From positions 14,570,001 through 14,634,000 of the forward strand of contig CM120645.1 of NCBI GenBank assembly GCA_051362555.1: 64,000 nt of DNA, written 5' to 3'. The DNA is from Lingula anatina. Its lineage: Eukaryota > Animalia > Brachiopoda. The position numbers and the translations under genes are program-made. The notes under the pieces were generated by a model. That model was not told the origin of the DNA, did not search any database, and saw nothing but the letters and a program-made list of their open reading frames with translations. Positions within the stretch are counted from its first letter, which is position 1. Every line of letters begins with the position of its first letter. This document shows positions 62,039 through 64,000 of this stretch, one piece after another.

Positions 62039-64000
62039 CTAACTCATTTCCAGATATTTCATCTGATATACTGCCACTTGTTCGTACTCGCCCATGGCTC
62101 GCAGTACACTACATATATTGTTGCAAAAGGTGACAATATTAGGGTGTTTGGGACCTAGCGACTTTTCCGTCAATTCCAGACATTTTTTATAATAGGCAAG
62201 GGCCTCTTTGTATTCACCCAACTTTTCCAGAGCACAACCAATATTGTTGTAAGTATAGGCAGTATGAGGGTGTGTGGGACCAAGCAATTCTTCATTTACT
62301 TCAAGGCATTTTTTGTAATAAGCAAGTGCCTCTTTGTACTCACTCATGTTTTTCAGTACACTACCAACATTGTTGTATATGACAGCAGTATCAGGGTGTA
62401 TAGGACTGAACAGGCCTTCTGCCACTTCCAGGGCTTTTTTAAAATAGTTGAATGCCTCTTTGAACTCCCCCATGGTTTTTAATATGCTACCAATATTGTT
62501 GTATGAAGCAACGGTACTAGGGTGTTTGGGACCTAGCACTTCTTCCTTAACCTTCTGACAAATTTTGCAATAGGAAAGTGCTTCTTTGTACTCACCCATA
62601 GCTTGTAGTACACAACCGATATTATTGTATGAGGTAGCAGTATCAGGGTGTTTGGGACCTAGAATCTGTTCTCTTATCTCCATGCATTTTTTGTAATAGT
62701 CAAGTGCCTCTTTGTACTTACCCATAGCTTTCAATGTACTACCAAAAGTGTTGTATGAGGAAGCAGTATCTAGGTGTTTTGTACTTAGAAGCTTTTCTCT
62801 TACATCTAGGCCTTTTCTACAATATGTAAGTGCCTCATGGTACTCACCCATGGCTTGTAGTACACAACCGATATTATTGTATGAGGTAGCTGTATCGAGG
62901 TTATTAGGACCTAGAAGGTCTTCCCTTACATCCAGGCATTTTTTGTGATAGACAAGTGACTGTTTGAAATCACCCATTGCTTGCAGCACAACACCTATAT
63001 AATTATATGAGGCAGCGGTATCAGTGTGTTTAGTACCAAGAGACTCTTCTCTCACACCCAAGCATTTTTTGTAAAAGAAAAGAGCCTCTTTATACTCTCC
63101 CATGGCCTTAAGTACAAGGCCAATATTGTTGTATGAGGAAAGAGTATCAGGGTGTTTGGGACCTACAAATTCTCGTACACTCAGGCATTTTTTGTGATAG
63201 ACAAGTGCCTCTTTGCACTCACCCAAGGTTTGAAGTACACAGGCAATAATATCATATGACGTAGCAATATCAGGATGTTTTGGCCCTAGCACCACTTCCC
63301 TTACTTCCAGGCATTTTTTGTGATAGACAAGTGCCTGTTTGAAATCACCCATTGCTTGCAGTACAACACCTACATAATTATATGAGGCAGCAGTATCAGT
63401 GTGTTTGGTGCCCAAAACCTCTTCTCTCACACCTAAGCATTTGTTGTAAAAGGAAAGAGCCTCTTCATACTCACCCGTGTCCTGTAGTACCCTGCCCATA
63501 TTGTTGTATGAGGAAGCAGTGTCAGAGTGTTTGGGACCTAAAAGTTCTTCCCGCACACTCAGGCATTTTCTGTGATAGGCAAGTGACTCTTTGTACTCAC
63601 CTATGGCTTGTAGTACAACACCAATATTGTTGTATAAAATAGCAGTATCAAGATGTTTGGGACCTGACAGCTCTTCCCTCACATCCAGTAATTTTTTGAG
63701 ATAGGCAAGTGCCTCTCTGTACTCACCCATTTCTTGTAGTATGAGACCAATATTTTTGTAGGAAGAGACAGTATCAGGGTGTTTGGGACCTAGAAGCTCT
63801 TCTCTTACCGCAACAGATTTTTTGTGGTAAGCAAGTGCCTCTTTGGACTCTCCCATGCGTTGAAGCACGAATCCCGTATTACTGTATGAAGAAGCAGTAT
63901 CAGGGTGTTTGGGGCTTAGAAGCTGTTCTCTTACAGCAACAGATTTTTTGTGGTAAGCAAGTGCCTCTTTGTACTCACCCATGACTTGCAGTACAACACC
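62039..64000 (-). CDS. C-terminal TPR array of a second, tandem paralogue of the HEPN-STAND-TPR gene (5' part outside window)
   Basis: The ORF is open to the window edge with ~16 repeats of 42 aa. The last 7 repeats and the 3' flank align one-to-one with the 48991 gene. Confidence 0.9.
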   Translation of the reverse strand, partial: GVVLQVMGEYKEALAYHKKSVAVREQLLSPKHPDTASSYSNTGFVLQRMGESKEALAYHKKSVAVREELLGPKHPDTVSSYKNIGLILQEMGEYREALAYLKKLLDVREELSGPKHLDTAILYNNIGVVLQAIGEYKESLAYHRKCLSVREELLGPKHSDTASSYNNMGRVLQDTGEYEEALSFYNKCLGVREEVLGTKHTDTAASYNYVGVVLQAMGDFKQALVYHKKCLEVREVVLGPKHPDIATSYDIIACVLQTLGECKEALVYHKKCLSVREFVGPKHPDTLSSYNNIGLVLKAMGEYKEALFFYKKCLGVREESLGTKHTDTAASYNYIGVVLQAMGDFKQSLVYHKKCLDVREDLLGPNNLDTATSYNNIGCVLQAMGEYHEALTYCRKGLDVREKLLSTKHLDTASSYNTFGSTLKAMGKYKEALDYYKKCMEIREQILGPKHPDTATSYNNIGCVLQAMGEYKEALSYCKICQKVKEEVLGPKHPSTVASYNNIGSILKTMGEFKEAFNYFKKALEVAEGLFSPIHPDTAVIYNNVGSVLKNMSEYKEALAYYKKCLEVNEELLGPTHPHTAYTYNNIGCALEKLGEYKEALAYYKKCLELTEKSLGPKHPNIVTFCNNICSVLRAMGEYEQVAVYQMKYLEMS

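Noticed and set aside
48991-64000. Bacterial contamination or recent horizontal transfer of an Avs-like gene
   Set aside because: The gene has spliceosomal introns, host-like composition and animal transposons in its flanks; an ancient origin cannot be judged without phylogeny.

Overview
AT-rich, intron-containing animal DNA. The gene content (secreted globular C1q, chimeric mytilectin, DZIP3-type HEPN) suggests a marine invertebrate, probably a lophotrochozoan; this is an inference. Genes reconstructed by hand, left to right: (1) a minus-strand gene of at least 9 coding exons encoding an N-myristoylated, cytoplasmic protein of tandem cupredoxin-like repeats, running off the left edge; (2) an intact full-length Rex1/Babar-type LINE with a 9-bp TSD; (3) a 3-exon SH2 plus WW-like adaptor; (4) a 2-exon secreted globular C1q protein; (5) a 2-exon secreted mytilectin-type beta-trefoil lectin fused to an aerolysin-like pore-forming domain; (6) an intronless class A GPCR interrupted by a single TAG at codon 18, with relic paralogue fragments nearby; (7) a ~1620-aa HEPN(RNEFAH)-STAND/NB-ARC-24xTPR gene and a tandem paralogue cut by the right edge. 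MITEs, a foldback element, Tc1, Tx1/L1 and RecQ-helicase transposon relics, tandem repeats and microsatellites fill the rest. The best candidate for an undescribed system is the tandem array of HEPN-STAND-TPR receptors. They look like animal NLR-like sensors with a predicted RNase effector and a rearranging TPR sensor array, beside other innate-immune genes. All exon structures and family calls come from reading motifs by eye; none were searched against a database.
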